From: a virus
Lineage: Duplodnaviria > Caudoviricetes
Reading direction: 5' to 3' (one strand)
DNA: 33,665 bases
Virus record (IMG/VR): IMGVR_UViG_3300020045_006222
Location: 1 to 33,665 of that record
Below the pieces are notes generated by a model. It was not told the origin of the DNA and did no database searches. It was given only the letters and a program-made list of their open reading frames with translations. The translations under genes and the position numbers were made by a program. Positions 1 to 10,157 of the stretch are shown here, piece by piece; position 1 is the stretch's first letter; each line of letters opens with the position of its first letter.

Positions 1-105
1 ACAAGAAGTTTAGTTACGATCTTTCGTCTCACAAGATAAGAACATGTGGCGATGACTCTCTTTTTCTGAGCTCTCGTCGCATAGTCCTCAAAGACCCAAT
101 ATGTC

Positions 106-1758
106 CTAGCTTCCAAAGCCTCCGCTGAACTCGTCATCGTCGCCTTCTTCCATGATGGCTTTCCGATAGTCTGGATTCGTTTGCTGAAGAAGGAAATGGG
201 TCGTGGCAATAGCCTTATCACCGCGCTGAGCAGCGTTTTGCATCGCAGTCTGAAAGCGAGTGCCTTGTGTCTTCTGAAGAAGCGCATCTTTGCCGTATGA
301 TTTTTCAATCGTAGGTTTCGGATCACGTGGCTGTTCTTGAGGGGTCGGCGTACTTGTTCTTGGCGGCGACGTTTCGCGGTAGTTCGCAGGGACGGACGAG
401 TCTCGATCGAGTTCGTTCGGCGCAACTTTTTGAACTGCAGCTTCAGAGCCTCCGCCTAGTCTACGGTTGAAATCCAAGACGAGCGCGTCGAATGCTTTTG
501 GGTTCTTTTGAGATAATTCTGAAAAGCGAGGCGACTTCATCAGTGCCTCGGCGACTTTATTTATGCCCTTTGAAGCCGAATCCGCAGTAACAGCGACGCT
601 TGAGGTAATTCTTGGTGAAATTGCTTTGCGAGCAATCGCGGCCGGAACACCAATCAACGGATTTCCCGCGGCAGTCGTAGTCGCCATATCTAGCAAACCA
701 CCAACCGGCGACTGAGAGGTCGTCATTGCTCGTCGTTCTGCCGCTTCTTGAATCGGAGCAAGAAGACCATATGTATCTTTGGCTTCGGTAAATTGCTTTG
801 CGAGAGCCGGGTCTGCTGCGCTGGCCGCGCCCTCTACTTCGTCCATGTATGAGAGATAAGCTTGCTTACCGGCTTGGCCAGCATCCGGATCCATCCAGTT
901 TCCAGCAGCTTTGCGGAACCCACGTTTCGTTTGTTCTGCTTGGCTGAGAGGAACAGCGGATTCCCCGGTTTCAATGATGTCATCGATGATACCGCCCAAC
1001 TTCTTCACCAATCCCGCTTGGGATGGATCTTTGCGAAGTGAGGCAATTTTCTTTTGTAGTTCGGCCACCACGTTGTCAGCCGATGCGGTAACACCTTGGG
1101 AATCTAGTTGAACCAGCGCGGAACTAATTTCGGCCTCGGCTACATCTTTCGCGGCGCCAACGCGGTTTGCGATATTGGCCGGGCTATCTCCAAAACGAGC
1201 GAGCTTCCGGTCTATTAACTCTCGGCCCGCGCCAGGCCTGAAAGACTGCGCTTGTTTTCCAGTCGCTCCGGTAGCGTTTAAAATAGCGCTTTCAGCAAAC
1301 TCACCTAGGGAGCCGCCAGCTTTTTTCAAACCAGAGCCGATGGATTGCGCGCCTTTCATAATCTGCGGCCCATGTACGGCAGCCATGCTTCCGAGCGCCT
1401 TACCGCCCATTTCTGCGGTTAAGCCCTCGCCAATATCGCCTGCGTTCTGCTTCAGAATTCCTTCAACGTCGGTGGCATTTCCCTCATCTCCGAAGAGATA
1501 ATTATTTGCCGCCCGAGCTGCGGTTTTCCCGCCCGCGTAGCCTAGTGCTCCACCTAGAACCGTGCCCGCGCCGAACGTTGTTCCGCCGCCGATCGCTCCG
1601 CCGCCGATCGCTCCGCCAATTGGAAGCACGGTATCGATGGTTGATCGAGCAAGCTGTTTCCATCCGGACTCTTCCGGCTTAGATTGGGATTTTCCAGCTT
1701 GATATTCTGCCTCCTCGAGCTCAAGAAGCTCGAGTTCCTCATCTTCACTTAGCGACAT
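106..1758 (-). CDS. putative internal virion/DNA ejection protein
   Basis: 550 aa, Ala/Gly-rich and helical with a Gly-rich hydrophobic segment (PIGGAIGGGAIGGGTTFGAG). Lies after the tail genes, where podoviruses carry ejection proteins. Confidence 0.55.
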   Translation of the reverse strand: MSLSEDEELELLELEEAEYQAGKSQSKPEESGWKQLARSTIDTVLPIGGAIGGGAIGGGTTFGAGTVLGGALGYAGGKTAARAANNYLFGDEGNATDVEGILKQNAGDIGEGLTAEMGGKALGSMAAVHGPQIMKGAQSIGSGLKKAGGSLGEFAESAILNATGATGKQAQSFRPGAGRELIDRKLARFGDSPANIANRVGAAKDVAEAEISSALVQLDSQGVTASADNVVAELQKKIASLRKDPSQAGLVKKLGGIIDDIIETGESAVPLSQAEQTKRGFRKAAGNWMDPDAGQAGKQAYLSYMDEVEGAASAADPALAKQFTEAKDTYGLLAPIQEAAERRAMTTSQSPVGGLLDMATTTAAGNPLIGVPAAIARKAISPRITSSVAVTADSASKGINKVAEALMKSPRFSELSQKNPKAFDALVLDFNRRLGGGSEAAVQKVAPNELDRDSSVPANYRETSPPRTSTPTPQEQPRDPKPTIEKSYGKDALLQKTQGTRFQTAMQNAAQRGDKAIATTHFLLQQTNPDYRKAIMEEGDDDEFSGGFGS

Positions 1759-2875
1759 AGGACCCGCCCTTTTTCGCTCTTAATTCCGCAATACGTTTTT
1801 GGCGGGCTTGCGATTCGGCATCGGCATTCGGTGCAGTTGTCGCCGCGGCTGTTTTTGTTTCATCAACCGCGCCTTCACGCTGAGCCTGAGCGCCTGGGTT
1901 TTCGATTCCGCGAATTTTATAAGCGTTGTCCGCTCTCGAATTGAGTTCTGATCTAAAGTTTTTAAGTAGATCAAGCGCCGTTGAGTTCCTCATTCCCGTC
2001 GCGCCCGCTTGGACCAGGCCCTTCTTGAAGCTTTCAACTTCTTGAGGCCTTGCGACCGAGCCTGGATCAGCGAGCTTCGCCATATCCGTAGCAATCATTT
2101 CTACTCGGCGGTCTAAATCGGCATTGTGAGAGCCGAACGCTTCGTAAGTTCCATCCTCTTTGATCATTTCCTCAACCAGCGTGAGGTTGTCTTCGATATT
2201 CCGACGACGGTCTTCAATTTCGTTGAGAGACGCCTTTTTCTTTTCATCGCGCACGAGGCGCTTCTCATCCATTTTGATGCCAGCTTGAAATCTGCGTTCG
2301 TCGCGAGATTCTTGGCGATCAAGTCGCTTTTCTGCGATCTCGTATTTTTTCTGCATCACTGGAGAGAACTGCTTGAATTGCGCTGCCGTAATCGGCTGCC
2401 CCTTGTAGCCCATCTCTTTCGCCAAATCGTTCGCCATCTTCGATTCTTGAGAATTCGGATCAGACTCACGAGCGGCGAGTTCCTGATCTTTGCCATATTT
2501 CGCATCTTCACGGTCTGCATTTACAGCATCACGGTTGAGACCGAATTCCTGAATCTTCGCAGCGCGCCCCTTGTCGAAATCAGAAAGCTTGGCGTCTCTT
2601 TCGCCTTTTTGGCGCGCAAGAACCGATTGGCCAGCGGCGCCCGCATCGTTTCCCATGAATCCTGCGCCGATAGCAGCAAGAGCTGCTTGAGCCTTGTCTC
2701 CGAAGCCAGCCTGGTTTTCTTGAACAAGCTTCTGTCGATCTTGATCACCGTAGCCAGCAAGGTTGTACTTCTGCATAAGGTAATCTTTAACGCTTGAATT
2801 GATACCTGCATCAGCGGACGGCGGCGGCTGAATAATCTCATCTTCTTCTAAGCCTGTTAGCGGATTGATTGGCAT
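1745..2875 (-). CDS. putative internal virion/DNA ejection protein
   Basis: 376 aa, charged coiled-coil with a short hydrophobic stretch (AALAAIGAGFMG); synteny. Confidence 0.5.
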   Translation of the reverse strand: MPINPLTGLEEDEIIQPPPSADAGINSSVKDYLMQKYNLAGYGDQDRQKLVQENQAGFGDKAQAALAAIGAGFMGNDAGAAGQSVLARQKGERDAKLSDFDKGRAAKIQEFGLNRDAVNADREDAKYGKDQELAARESDPNSQESKMANDLAKEMGYKGQPITAAQFKQFSPVMQKKYEIAEKRLDRQESRDERRFQAGIKMDEKRLVRDEKKKASLNEIEDRRRNIEDNLTLVEEMIKEDGTYEAFGSHNADLDRRVEMIATDMAKLADPGSVARPQEVESFKKGLVQAGATGMRNSTALDLLKNFRSELNSRADNAYKIRGIENPGAQAQREGAVDETKTAAATTAPNADAESQARQKRIAELRAKKGGSYVAK

Positions 2876-2876
2876 C

Positions 2877-4007
2877 TTAGCCCCCGAGTTCTTTTAATCG
2901 TTTATTGAGATCAGCAAGAGATGCGAGAACGGCCGGGCCTGATTCGCCGTAATCTACAACTTTACCTTCTGGCGTATTTCTGACGAGTTGCGAGCCTGCC
3001 TCGGTTTTCTCGAGGTCTTGCGCCATTACGCCAACTTGTTTCCCCTGGCCATGTTTCGGATCTTTATATTTATATTTGTAACCAGTCAGGCTATCGAGGA
3101 AGTCTGCCGGATTGAATTCCTCAACATCTTCCTTCAAGCGCTCGTCGGAAAACATTGATGCGGCCGTGACAGCAGTTCCAATGGTTCGGTTGTTTGCATC
3201 AGCTTGGGCTTGTGAGTTTGCACCTTGAGCTTGCGAATTCTGAATGGCGATTCCGGACTGTCCGCTACGTTTTTTGAGTTCGTTTTCGTATTTCTGCTGA
3301 ACAAGGTTCTTGTTGTACTGCTGCTGAGTGTTTCTAGTGCCGACGTTCGAATCAGCTATCGCCTGTTTTGCGCCAAGATTCTTGGCGGCAGCATCGTTCC
3401 GAGCGGCAGTATTCAAATTCGTTTGAGTTTGAGTGTTCTGAGCATTGAACTTCGAAATAGCATCGTTCGCTTGGGCAACTTGAGCTTTCTGATTGAAATC
3501 TTGCGCCTGCATCTGGCCGGACATATTTCCCTGCTGCATGAGAGCCTCTAGGGCGCGCGCTTGAGCTTGTGCCGCAACGTCCATATCGCGTTGGCTTCCG
3601 CGCGTGGCTGAGTCCTGCTGATTCTGCATTTGGCTCATGAGCTCTAAGCCAGAGCCGCCCAAACCCCGAGATTCAGCGTTCTGAAGAATCGCCTCTCGCT
3701 GTCCACGAGCATTCGTGTTCTCTTCATTTCTGATTTTCGACAAGTTGGCTTCATCAGCCATTGTCATTCCGCCGCCGTCCGAGATCTCTTGAAGACCAAG
3801 GAGCGCGTCCATTTGGTTTTTCTTAAGATCCCGATCAGTCTGGACGTTGTTCATGCTCGATTGCTCAAGCTTGATCGTGTCGGCCTGCTCAGGAGTTAGC
3901 GCACCTTGAAGCACTAAATCTTGAAGCTGAAGTTCCAAGTCCGATGTTTCAGGCGTATTGAGAGATTGGAAATTGTCGTTAGTCTGTGGAGTGCTTCCCG
4001 CTTGCAT
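2877..4007 (-). CDS. Gln/Asn/Ala-rich pilot/ejection-like protein with C-terminal peptidase S74 (intramolecular chaperone) domain
   Basis: C-terminal motifs FSDERLKEDV...YKYKYK...GVMAQDLE...VVDY...LNKRLKEL match the S74 pattern. SD AAAGGA precedes the ATG. Confidence 0.7.
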   Translation of the reverse strand: MQAGSTPQTNDNFQSLNTPETSDLELQLQDLVLQGALTPEQADTIKLEQSSMNNVQTDRDLKKNQMDALLGLQEISDGGGMTMADEANLSKIRNEENTNARGQREAILQNAESRGLGGSGLELMSQMQNQQDSATRGSQRDMDVAAQAQARALEALMQQGNMSGQMQAQDFNQKAQVAQANDAISKFNAQNTQTQTNLNTAARNDAAAKNLGAKQAIADSNVGTRNTQQQYNKNLVQQKYENELKKRSGQSGIAIQNSQAQGANSQAQADANNRTIGTAVTAASMFSDERLKEDVEEFNPADFLDSLTGYKYKYKDPKHGQGKQVGVMAQDLEKTEAGSQLVRNTPEGKVVDYGESGPAVLASLADLNKRLKELGG

Positions 4008-4019
4008 TGATATTTCCTT

Positions 4020-5507
4020 TTAAGTCTTTTGGACCTGACGAACGCCTTTTTGAGAGTCGAGCCATGGCTGTAGTCTATCTCTGAATGTTTTCAGTGCCGC
4101 TGAAGGGTCGCCGGCGCCAGGGTTAAACACTCCGTTGCCCATGTTCAGCAATGAGCCATCGTTCAGCGCGCGCTCGACTTCTGCTGCACTCATACCATTT
4201 AATGCTTCTGCTTGTTTTTCGGCCGTATACCCAAGTGGACCGCTCCGAACCTTCGCAAACTCTGTCTTGTACGCATCGCCGCCAGAACCGCGACTCGTGT
4301 TACTGAAGTTATTTGCCCAGTATTGACCGCGATCGGCGATGTCTTTTTGAAGTGCCGCGCTGTCAATTCCTAGTTTGGGCGCAGTGCCTGCGAGCGCAGC
4401 ATTCTTAGGATCGAGCATAAGATCTTGTTCGCCAGCCAAATCAGCCAGCGCTGCGTAACGGGCGTAGTCCGTTTGATCGGCTACGTTTGAGGCGTTTATA
4501 TCGGTCGGACTGGCTTGCTTTAAATACTTGGCTAAATCCACATCCCAAACGTCGGCCCCCGGAGTTAATCCGTATAGCGCCATTGTTTCATCCGACATTC
4601 CATAGGGGTTGTCGCCCAAATCGGCAGTCACACGATTCTGCTGAGCAACCAAATTATCTTGCGCCTGCTGAACCTTTGGAGTGAAACCTGTTTTCCAAGA
4701 ATTCATGGCATCTTGAATCTTCTTGTAGGCATCTGCTTGAGCCTTTGCAGTTTCACCCATCGCGCCCGTGCTCTCATCTATGTCCGGTGTGGCCGGATTA
4801 TCAGGCGTTCCGATCTTCGCTCTGATACCTTGCGAAGCAGCGTCTAGACCGCCAACGACGTCTTGGTTTGCGGCTGACGATTGCGCAAGCTTATCTCGTC
4901 CTGTTCCAGCCTGAAGAAGAGCGTTATCAAAGACATTCATTCCTTGAGTTCTCGGTTTCGAATTCACCTGTCCGATTAAATTCATTCGGCCGGATTCAGA
5001 ATCTGAGTTTTGAATATTTTGAGTTGCTGTGTTCGCTGACTTAGCGGCGTTCGTATAGGCATCTCCAAGATCAACTTCGGATTTGGGACCAGTGTATTGA
5101 GCCTTTGCCGTATTCTTGATCGTTCCGCGCTCGTCATCTGAAAGCGTTTCCGCTGCCGTTCCGAGTTTAGATGAAAGATCATCGGATAGTGAGCTCGTCG
5201 ATTTAATAGCCGAATCAGCGGCTTGATTTAAAGCTCCCAAGCCCTGACGAGCCTCGTTCGCAGAATTATCGATAACGCCGGCTGTTTGAGTTCCAAGTTT
5301 ATCGGCCTGACTCTTGTTCGCATCAAGGTACTGTTTAATGCCGACGAAATTTCCACTCTTATCCGGTCCAGAGCCCGCGGCCCCTGCAGCAGCCTGGTCC
5401 TGTGCGCCTTGGCCACCAAGAATAGCGGTCTCAGCCGAAGTCATGACTCCGCCGGAACCCTGATCTACGGACTGCTCATCTTCCGAATCATCTCTATAAA
5501 AAGCCAA
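4020..5507 (-). CDS. putative virion/ejection protein
   Basis: 495 aa, Ala/Asp/Gln-rich. TTG start with AGGAG SD; preceded by the TTTAATACTT motif. Confidence 0.5.
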   Translation of the reverse strand: MAFYRDDSEDEQSVDQGSGGVMTSAETAILGGQGAQDQAAAGAAGSGPDKSGNFVGIKQYLDANKSQADKLGTQTAGVIDNSANEARQGLGALNQAADSAIKSTSSLSDDLSSKLGTAAETLSDDERGTIKNTAKAQYTGPKSEVDLGDAYTNAAKSANTATQNIQNSDSESGRMNLIGQVNSKPRTQGMNVFDNALLQAGTGRDKLAQSSAANQDVVGGLDAASQGIRAKIGTPDNPATPDIDESTGAMGETAKAQADAYKKIQDAMNSWKTGFTPKVQQAQDNLVAQQNRVTADLGDNPYGMSDETMALYGLTPGADVWDVDLAKYLKQASPTDINASNVADQTDYARYAALADLAGEQDLMLDPKNAALAGTAPKLGIDSAALQKDIADRGQYWANNFSNTSRGSGGDAYKTEFAKVRSGPLGYTAEKQAEALNGMSAAEVERALNDGSLLNMGNGVFNPGAGDPSAALKTFRDRLQPWLDSQKGVRQVQKT

Positions 5508-5525
5508 TTTGATCTCCTGAAAACA

Positions 5526-5535
5526 AAGTATTAAA
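5526..5535 (-). promoter_or_regulatory. late-promoter-like motif TTTAATACTT, copy upstream of the ejection block
   Basis: Identical 10-mer (AAGTATTAAA on +) also at 14209, 17579 and 21309, each upstream of a late gene block. Confidence 0.6.
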
Positions 5536-5937
5536 TCAGCTCACGAGGAGTCTAATTTGGTAGGTCGTGTCTGCTATAAGTCCAGCAATCGGCTTAATCA
5601 CAATTACGCCGTTATCTTCAACCCATGGCACGTAGACGGGTCCAGGTGCTGGCTGATACGTAGAACGATCCACGATTTGCAGAAGTTGAACGCCGAGTGC
5701 TCTCGTCTTTAGCGAGTTAACGAACTTGACGTCTTCCATCAGCGGATAAGACGTTGGAGTTTTGTAAGTAAGGTCCTTTACAAAGACCGCAAGGTTGTCG
5801 CTATAAGTGATGTTTTTATTCAGCGCCTGATAAACGCTTTCCATGAAGTTGTTCAAAAGATCGATCATCGTGCTCGCCCATGCGGGCGCATCTTTGACGT
5901 CTTCTCTCAAGATCTTCTTAGTCGAAGGTAACTTCAT
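5536..5937 (-). CDS. small tail-associated protein
   Basis: 133 aa, translationally coupled (TAATG) to the nozzle-like gene. Confidence 0.5.
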   Translation of the reverse strand: MKLPSTKKILREDVKDAPAWASTMIDLLNNFMESVYQALNKNITYSDNLAVFVKDLTYKTPTSYPLMEDVKFVNSLKTRALGVQLLQIVDRSTYQPAPGPVYVPWVEDNGVIVIKPIAGLIADTTYQIRLLVS

Positions 5938-8597
5938 TATCTGAACCTCGACGACATTTGATTGTAGATCAGAGAAACGCCCTGAAGACTAAAGCCGGTG
6001 AAGGCTTCTTTCGTTCTGAGCGATAAGTTCAGCCATGAGCAGCGCTGTTTTTCTCTTGGAACGTAAGTTCTCAATGTATTTTGCCCGCCAAGTGGCGATC
6101 CCCATGGAAAGCTTCCCCATGGCAGTAATCCCCAACCGACGTTAGAGTTATTCACAATCGGAATGGTTTCGCTTGCGAGAGAAATATTACTCGCGAAAAT
6201 CGCATCAATCTCCGCAAATGCGGCATTTCGGAAGAAGAGTGAAATTTCACTGAACTGTTTTAAAATTCCAGGATTCTCAGCATCGATCGGAGACCAGCGA
6301 ACCAAGTTTTCGATCGGTGTATACACCAAGGCATCGTCAACCATAAGACCGTTGACGGCAGCGACCGTTATATCAAGGCCATCGATCTCTTCAATGACGG
6401 CTCGTCTTCCGCCCTGAACAATCGTCATTCCGATTTCAAGATCACTAGCGCTTGCAACCGTGATTTCAGTCGTAGATGAGACCGCGGTGATTTCAATCTC
6501 GTATTGCTCATCAGCGTAGTCGTCGTTTGTATAGTTCTTACGCTCAATTAGAATCTGGCCGTCTATAGCCTTCGCCATGAAGAGCTTATTCACGGTCGTA
6601 TTTACGACTCCGCACGTCCGATTCATTGGCCATCTCGTCCATGAATCTGTCAGAGAGTTATAGACGTACGCTTGAGTCGCAAAGGTGTCGTCTTTTTCTG
6701 AAACCGTAAAAAACATATACTGCCGAGAAGACTCGTACGCGATTCCAAAAGAAGCGGAGGCGAAATTCACGTACTGCTCACTTGATAGCTCTAAGAGCGT
6801 ACTCTCGATTGGAACTGACATAATCTGTACGCCAGAATCTGAAACCGCGCAGATGCCTTGGGTCGTAAAACAGAAAACCTGGTTGTTAAACGGAACGGCG
6901 CTTTCCGGAACCTTTAGAGCCACCGTGTTATCGACGAGTGAAACCGTGAAACTCGAAAAGCTTTCACCCGAAAGCCGATAAATTCCATCTGTCTTGAAAA
7001 AGAAAATACCGTCTCGGAGCGCCACGACCCGCTGAATTGGAAAGTTAGCCGATCCTATATCGAAGTAGGTGTAGATCGGGACCGCTTCAACTTGGCCGTC
7101 CTTCGAGATTGCGACTCGGTTCTGTCTCGCATCGTTATCAGAGGGGTTATCGGTTCCGAATTCTTTCAATTCCGGACTGAATGACGAGCCTGCCGACGAA
7201 GTTGCGTAGAATGCAGCGCCGCCAATCGATCTTTCTTCGAACAACATTTGCCCTGGAAGGTCTTCAACGCCCGACGTGTAATAACCGTAGAGAGTCGTGT
7301 TGTCTGAGCTTGTGTTGATGATTTCGAGTAAGTTAAGTGCCGTCTGATCAATATTTTGAGCTGGCGTTCCAGAGCCATCAACTAAGAATGTATTTGTCGC
7401 GGCGTCTTGCGTACTGCCGGCCCAATAGTCAACCCCTCCGATTGAGAAGCTATCTTGAAACTCTATGCTTACCGTAGCAGTGGCGAGCGCATCTTCAGTC
7501 ATTTCGACAGAATTCGGACCCAAGATATTTAGAATGAATGTATCATCAGGAATTCCAGCCCCTTTGATTCTCATCCCCACACGCAGTCCACTTGTGTCCG
7601 CAATGTTCGAAAGAACATCCGATGCGCTCACCGTATCGACCGAAGCATCAACGTAAAACCCTAGTGAAGGCGCCTCAACTGAGATCAAGGCGAGTGAAAG
7701 GCGCTGCTTCTGGCGGATGTTCGCGTAGAACGCAGAGCCTTTGAAAATATCCATATCCAGCGCAAAAGGAGGCTCGTCGTTGGAGTTCGCGATACCCTCG
7801 ATCGATGGCGAAGTGTAAAGCGTTGTCCGCATAAGCGAGTAAGGAGTTTGATCTAAAACCGTGAATGACTTAGCCGTAATTTCTCCGGCAGAAGGATTTC
7901 CCTCAAGCACCAATTGGAGCTCATCGCTTGGCGTGTCGCCCGCCGTGAGTGTTCCGAGAGATCGGTAAATCTGATAAAAGTATTCGGTCGTAATTGTATC
8001 TGGAATCGTAAACGTGAGGCTTACGTCTCTGGTACCGCCGGATGAGTTTGAAACCACAAGGCGCTGGCTTGGCGAGCCGAGAAGAAGATTGTTATTCGCA
8101 TCTTTGTAACCCCAAACGAGTCGGTAGGCGACAGCACTATCGTCGGCTAGAAATCCGACTGAGCCCGAAACCGCGCCCTGTCCACCGAGAGCTTTCACCA
8201 CGCCTGCTTTCCTTGGCGCTGAAGTCAGACTATCGATTTTGAAAACACCTTGGTTTGTCGTAAAGTAGAAGTTTTTGAGAGCCTCTAGGCTTCTCATTTT
8301 GTATTGAGCCGCGGGATCTACGTATGTCCCAGGGTAATCAACCCACGCTCCGCTTCCTGAATCGTAAGCCAGCTTGTTTTCGTAGCTCGCAACCAAAGAT
8401 GAGGCATAGTTAAAAATCTTGTTCACTGGGCCTAGCGCTTCGCCGTACTGAGTTTGACCTCTACGCGAAACAACGAGGTTCTTCGTAGGAATTACGAGGT
8501 TGTCGGCAACCTCGAAAGCACCTTGCGGAATTCCTGACAAATTGTTCGGACTCGTATAGAGCCCGCGAAGCTGAAGATCTAACTTTTGCTGAGCCAC
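5937..8597 (-). CDS. tail nozzle / tail tubular protein B-like (packaged DNA stabilisation)
   Basis: 886 aa, beta-strand-rich with propeller-like segments (IFFFKTDGIYRL; YVYNSLTDSWTRW); follows the adaptor-like gene. Confidence 0.65.
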   Translation of the reverse strand: MAQQKLDLQLRGLYTSPNNLSGIPQGAFEVADNLVIPTKNLVVSRRGQTQYGEALGPVNKIFNYASSLVASYENKLAYDSGSGAWVDYPGTYVDPAAQYKMRSLEALKNFYFTTNQGVFKIDSLTSAPRKAGVVKALGGQGAVSGSVGFLADDSAVAYRLVWGYKDANNNLLLGSPSQRLVVSNSSGGTRDVSLTFTIPDTITTEYFYQIYRSLGTLTAGDTPSDELQLVLEGNPSAGEITAKSFTVLDQTPYSLMRTTLYTSPSIEGIANSNDEPPFALDMDIFKGSAFYANIRQKQRLSLALISVEAPSLGFYVDASVDTVSASDVLSNIADTSGLRVGMRIKGAGIPDDTFILNILGPNSVEMTEDALATATVSIEFQDSFSIGGVDYWAGSTQDAATNTFLVDGSGTPAQNIDQTALNLLEIINTSSDNTTLYGYYTSGVEDLPGQMLFEERSIGGAAFYATSSAGSSFSPELKEFGTDNPSDNDARQNRVAISKDGQVEAVPIYTYFDIGSANFPIQRVVALRDGIFFFKTDGIYRLSGESFSSFTVSLVDNTVALKVPESAVPFNNQVFCFTTQGICAVSDSGVQIMSVPIESTLLELSSEQYVNFASASFGIAYESSRQYMFFTVSEKDDTFATQAYVYNSLTDSWTRWPMNRTCGVVNTTVNKLFMAKAIDGQILIERKNYTNDDYADEQYEIEITAVSSTTEITVASASDLEIGMTIVQGGRRAVIEEIDGLDITVAAVNGLMVDDALVYTPIENLVRWSPIDAENPGILKQFSEISLFFRNAAFAEIDAIFASNISLASETIPIVNNSNVGWGLLPWGSFPWGSPLGGQNTLRTYVPREKQRCSWLNLSLRTKEAFTGFSLQGVSLIYNQMSSRFR

Positions 8598-9536
8598 TTA
8601 CCAGCCCCAATATCTGCGACGAATTCCATTCTGAAGTCTTAATCCGCCCGATGGATTCATGACTTTTTTAACGGAGCCATCAACTCTCTGAGAGATCATA
8701 GTTAAGAGATTCTTTTGTAGGAGATCCGCCTTCGCTTGAGCGACCTTCATTCCTTCCCCATCTCCCAGACCCTCAAGGGCTTTCACGGCTGTCAGTTGAG
8801 CTAGATAGGGATGAGCCTCAACCGGCACTTGCGGAACTGCCGAATAGCCTTGCTGAGAAATGTAATCGCCGACCGCAATTCCTTCGACCGAATCGAGAAT
8901 CACTGAAGGCGAACTTGATCCAACGACCGTGGTTGCATAATTTGTAATTTTAAAGTTTGGAACAGATGAAACACTGTTCAAAATTGTTCCAGGCAACCAG
9001 TCGTTTGGAACGAAATCCAAAACAATCGAGTTCGTATCAACATCGATCGACTGAACTTGCCCGTAATTAGTCGTGTCTGTCAGAACGAGAGTTCTCTCGT
9101 AGAAATAAAGTCTCATCATCGTGTTCACTGGAACCGACGTATTTGGATAGAGAATGATCGAGTTTCCTTGGACGTAGAAACCGGCCATCGTATTGAAATT
9201 TGTGAATCCAACCCCAGCAATGACATCGAGATCAATGCGCGGAAGATTCACGAGAATTAGCGGGCTTCCTTGTTGTACGTAACAAACAGAGCGGAGTTTT
9301 GCGCCGACCGCCGTGGCTGGAATATCGATGACACCGTCGGCGGGACTTAGAACATCAACTTCCTTCACGAAATACTCTTCGCGAGTAGACATGATTAACG
9401 GCACGACTTCGCCTTGTAGCTCATCGTTTGCAAGCGCAACAAAATCAGCCGCCGTGTAGGTCAACTGACTTGTCGGCACGCTACAGCGCCGCTTGATATT
9501 CTTGATTAACTCTTCGGTGTCATACTGAGGAAGCAT
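8598..9536 (-). CDS. head-tail adaptor / tail tubular protein A-like
   Basis: 312 aa with N-terminal helices (TEELIKNIKRR...ALANDEL) and a C-terminal P..P.EAHPYL...A..AL pattern typical of adaptors; synteny. Confidence 0.6.
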   Translation of the reverse strand: MLPQYDTEELIKNIKRRCSVPTSQLTYTAADFVALANDELQGEVVPLIMSTREEYFVKEVDVLSPADGVIDIPATAVGAKLRSVCYVQQGSPLILVNLPRIDLDVIAGVGFTNFNTMAGFYVQGNSIILYPNTSVPVNTMMRLYFYERTLVLTDTTNYGQVQSIDVDTNSIVLDFVPNDWLPGTILNSVSSVPNFKITNYATTVVGSSSPSVILDSVEGIAVGDYISQQGYSAVPQVPVEAHPYLAQLTAVKALEGLGDGEGMKVAQAKADLLQKNLLTMISQRVDGSVKKVMNPSGGLRLQNGIRRRYWGW

Positions 9537-9540
9537 GGGC

Positions 9541-9801
9541 TTAAGCCCTTAGCTTCATGAGTCTGCTTTTCAGTTTCTCTTCTGGAGATTCAGGTTCGAG
9601 GCCATCCATAGCCTCTGGGTCTTCGCCTTCCATGGAATCCATATCATCCATGGATTCGCCCGGAATTTCGCCCTCTATTTTAACTACATCAACCGAAGGC
9701 TTCTCGCGACCGAGGCGTGAACTTAAGTCGCTCTCGTCGTATTCCATCATGCCTTGAAGCTCTTCCATGAGTTCCGCGATAACTTGCATCTTTCTGTCCA
9801 T
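9541..9801 (-). CDS. acidic hypothetical protein
   Basis: 86 aa, D/E/M-rich, strong SD AAGGAG. Confidence 0.6.
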   Translation of the reverse strand: MDRKMQVIAELMEELQGMMEYDESDLSSRLGREKPSVDVVKIEGEIPGESMDDMDSMEGEDPEAMDGLEPESPEEKLKSRLMKLRA

Positions 9802-9803
9802 GA

Positions 9804-10142
9804 TTACTCCTTATCGCCTTTAGCGAGGACGTAAGTGTTTGCGACGTAAGAGCCGCTAGAGCGCGCGTAAGAGACGCGGTACCATTTGTAGAGTGGGCGA
9901 TCCGCTCCGACTGCGAATGCACCGTTTCCGGTTACACTTGTTGTCGAACCGACTGCGATGACATTTGTTTTGTCGAGACTTCCTTGAAGCTGAAGCGTTG
10001 TACCGACTGGTGTAGCTGATGCCGAAGCGACAGTTACGAATGCGATTGAATCGCATCCTGAAACATCCACCCAAGCTCCGCTTTTAGCGCCATCAACTGT
10101 AAGCGCTGGATCTACGAGTTTTTCGACCAAGTTAAATTTCAT
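9804..10142 (-). CDS. small beta-sandwich virion protein
   Basis: 112 aa with alternating beta pattern (TLQLQGSLD; YKWYRVSY); SD AAAGGA. Confidence 0.5.
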   Translation of the reverse strand: MKFNLVEKLVDPALTVDGAKSGAWVDVSGCDSIAFVTVASASATPVGTTLQLQGSLDKTNVIAVGSTTSVTGNGAFAVGADRPLYKWYRVSYARSSGSYVANTYVLAKGDKE

Positions 10143-10157
10143 TCAAGACGTCCTTTA

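Noticed and set aside
1-128. Convergent plus-strand gene end or terminator at the left edge
   Set aside because: An open frame to 128 and a weak GCGATGA/TCGTCGC stem exist, but there is too little sequence to support either.
1582-1617. 15-bp tandem repeat TCCGCCGCCGATCGC
   Set aside because: In-frame GGAIG duplication inside a coding region; not CRISPR or regulatory.
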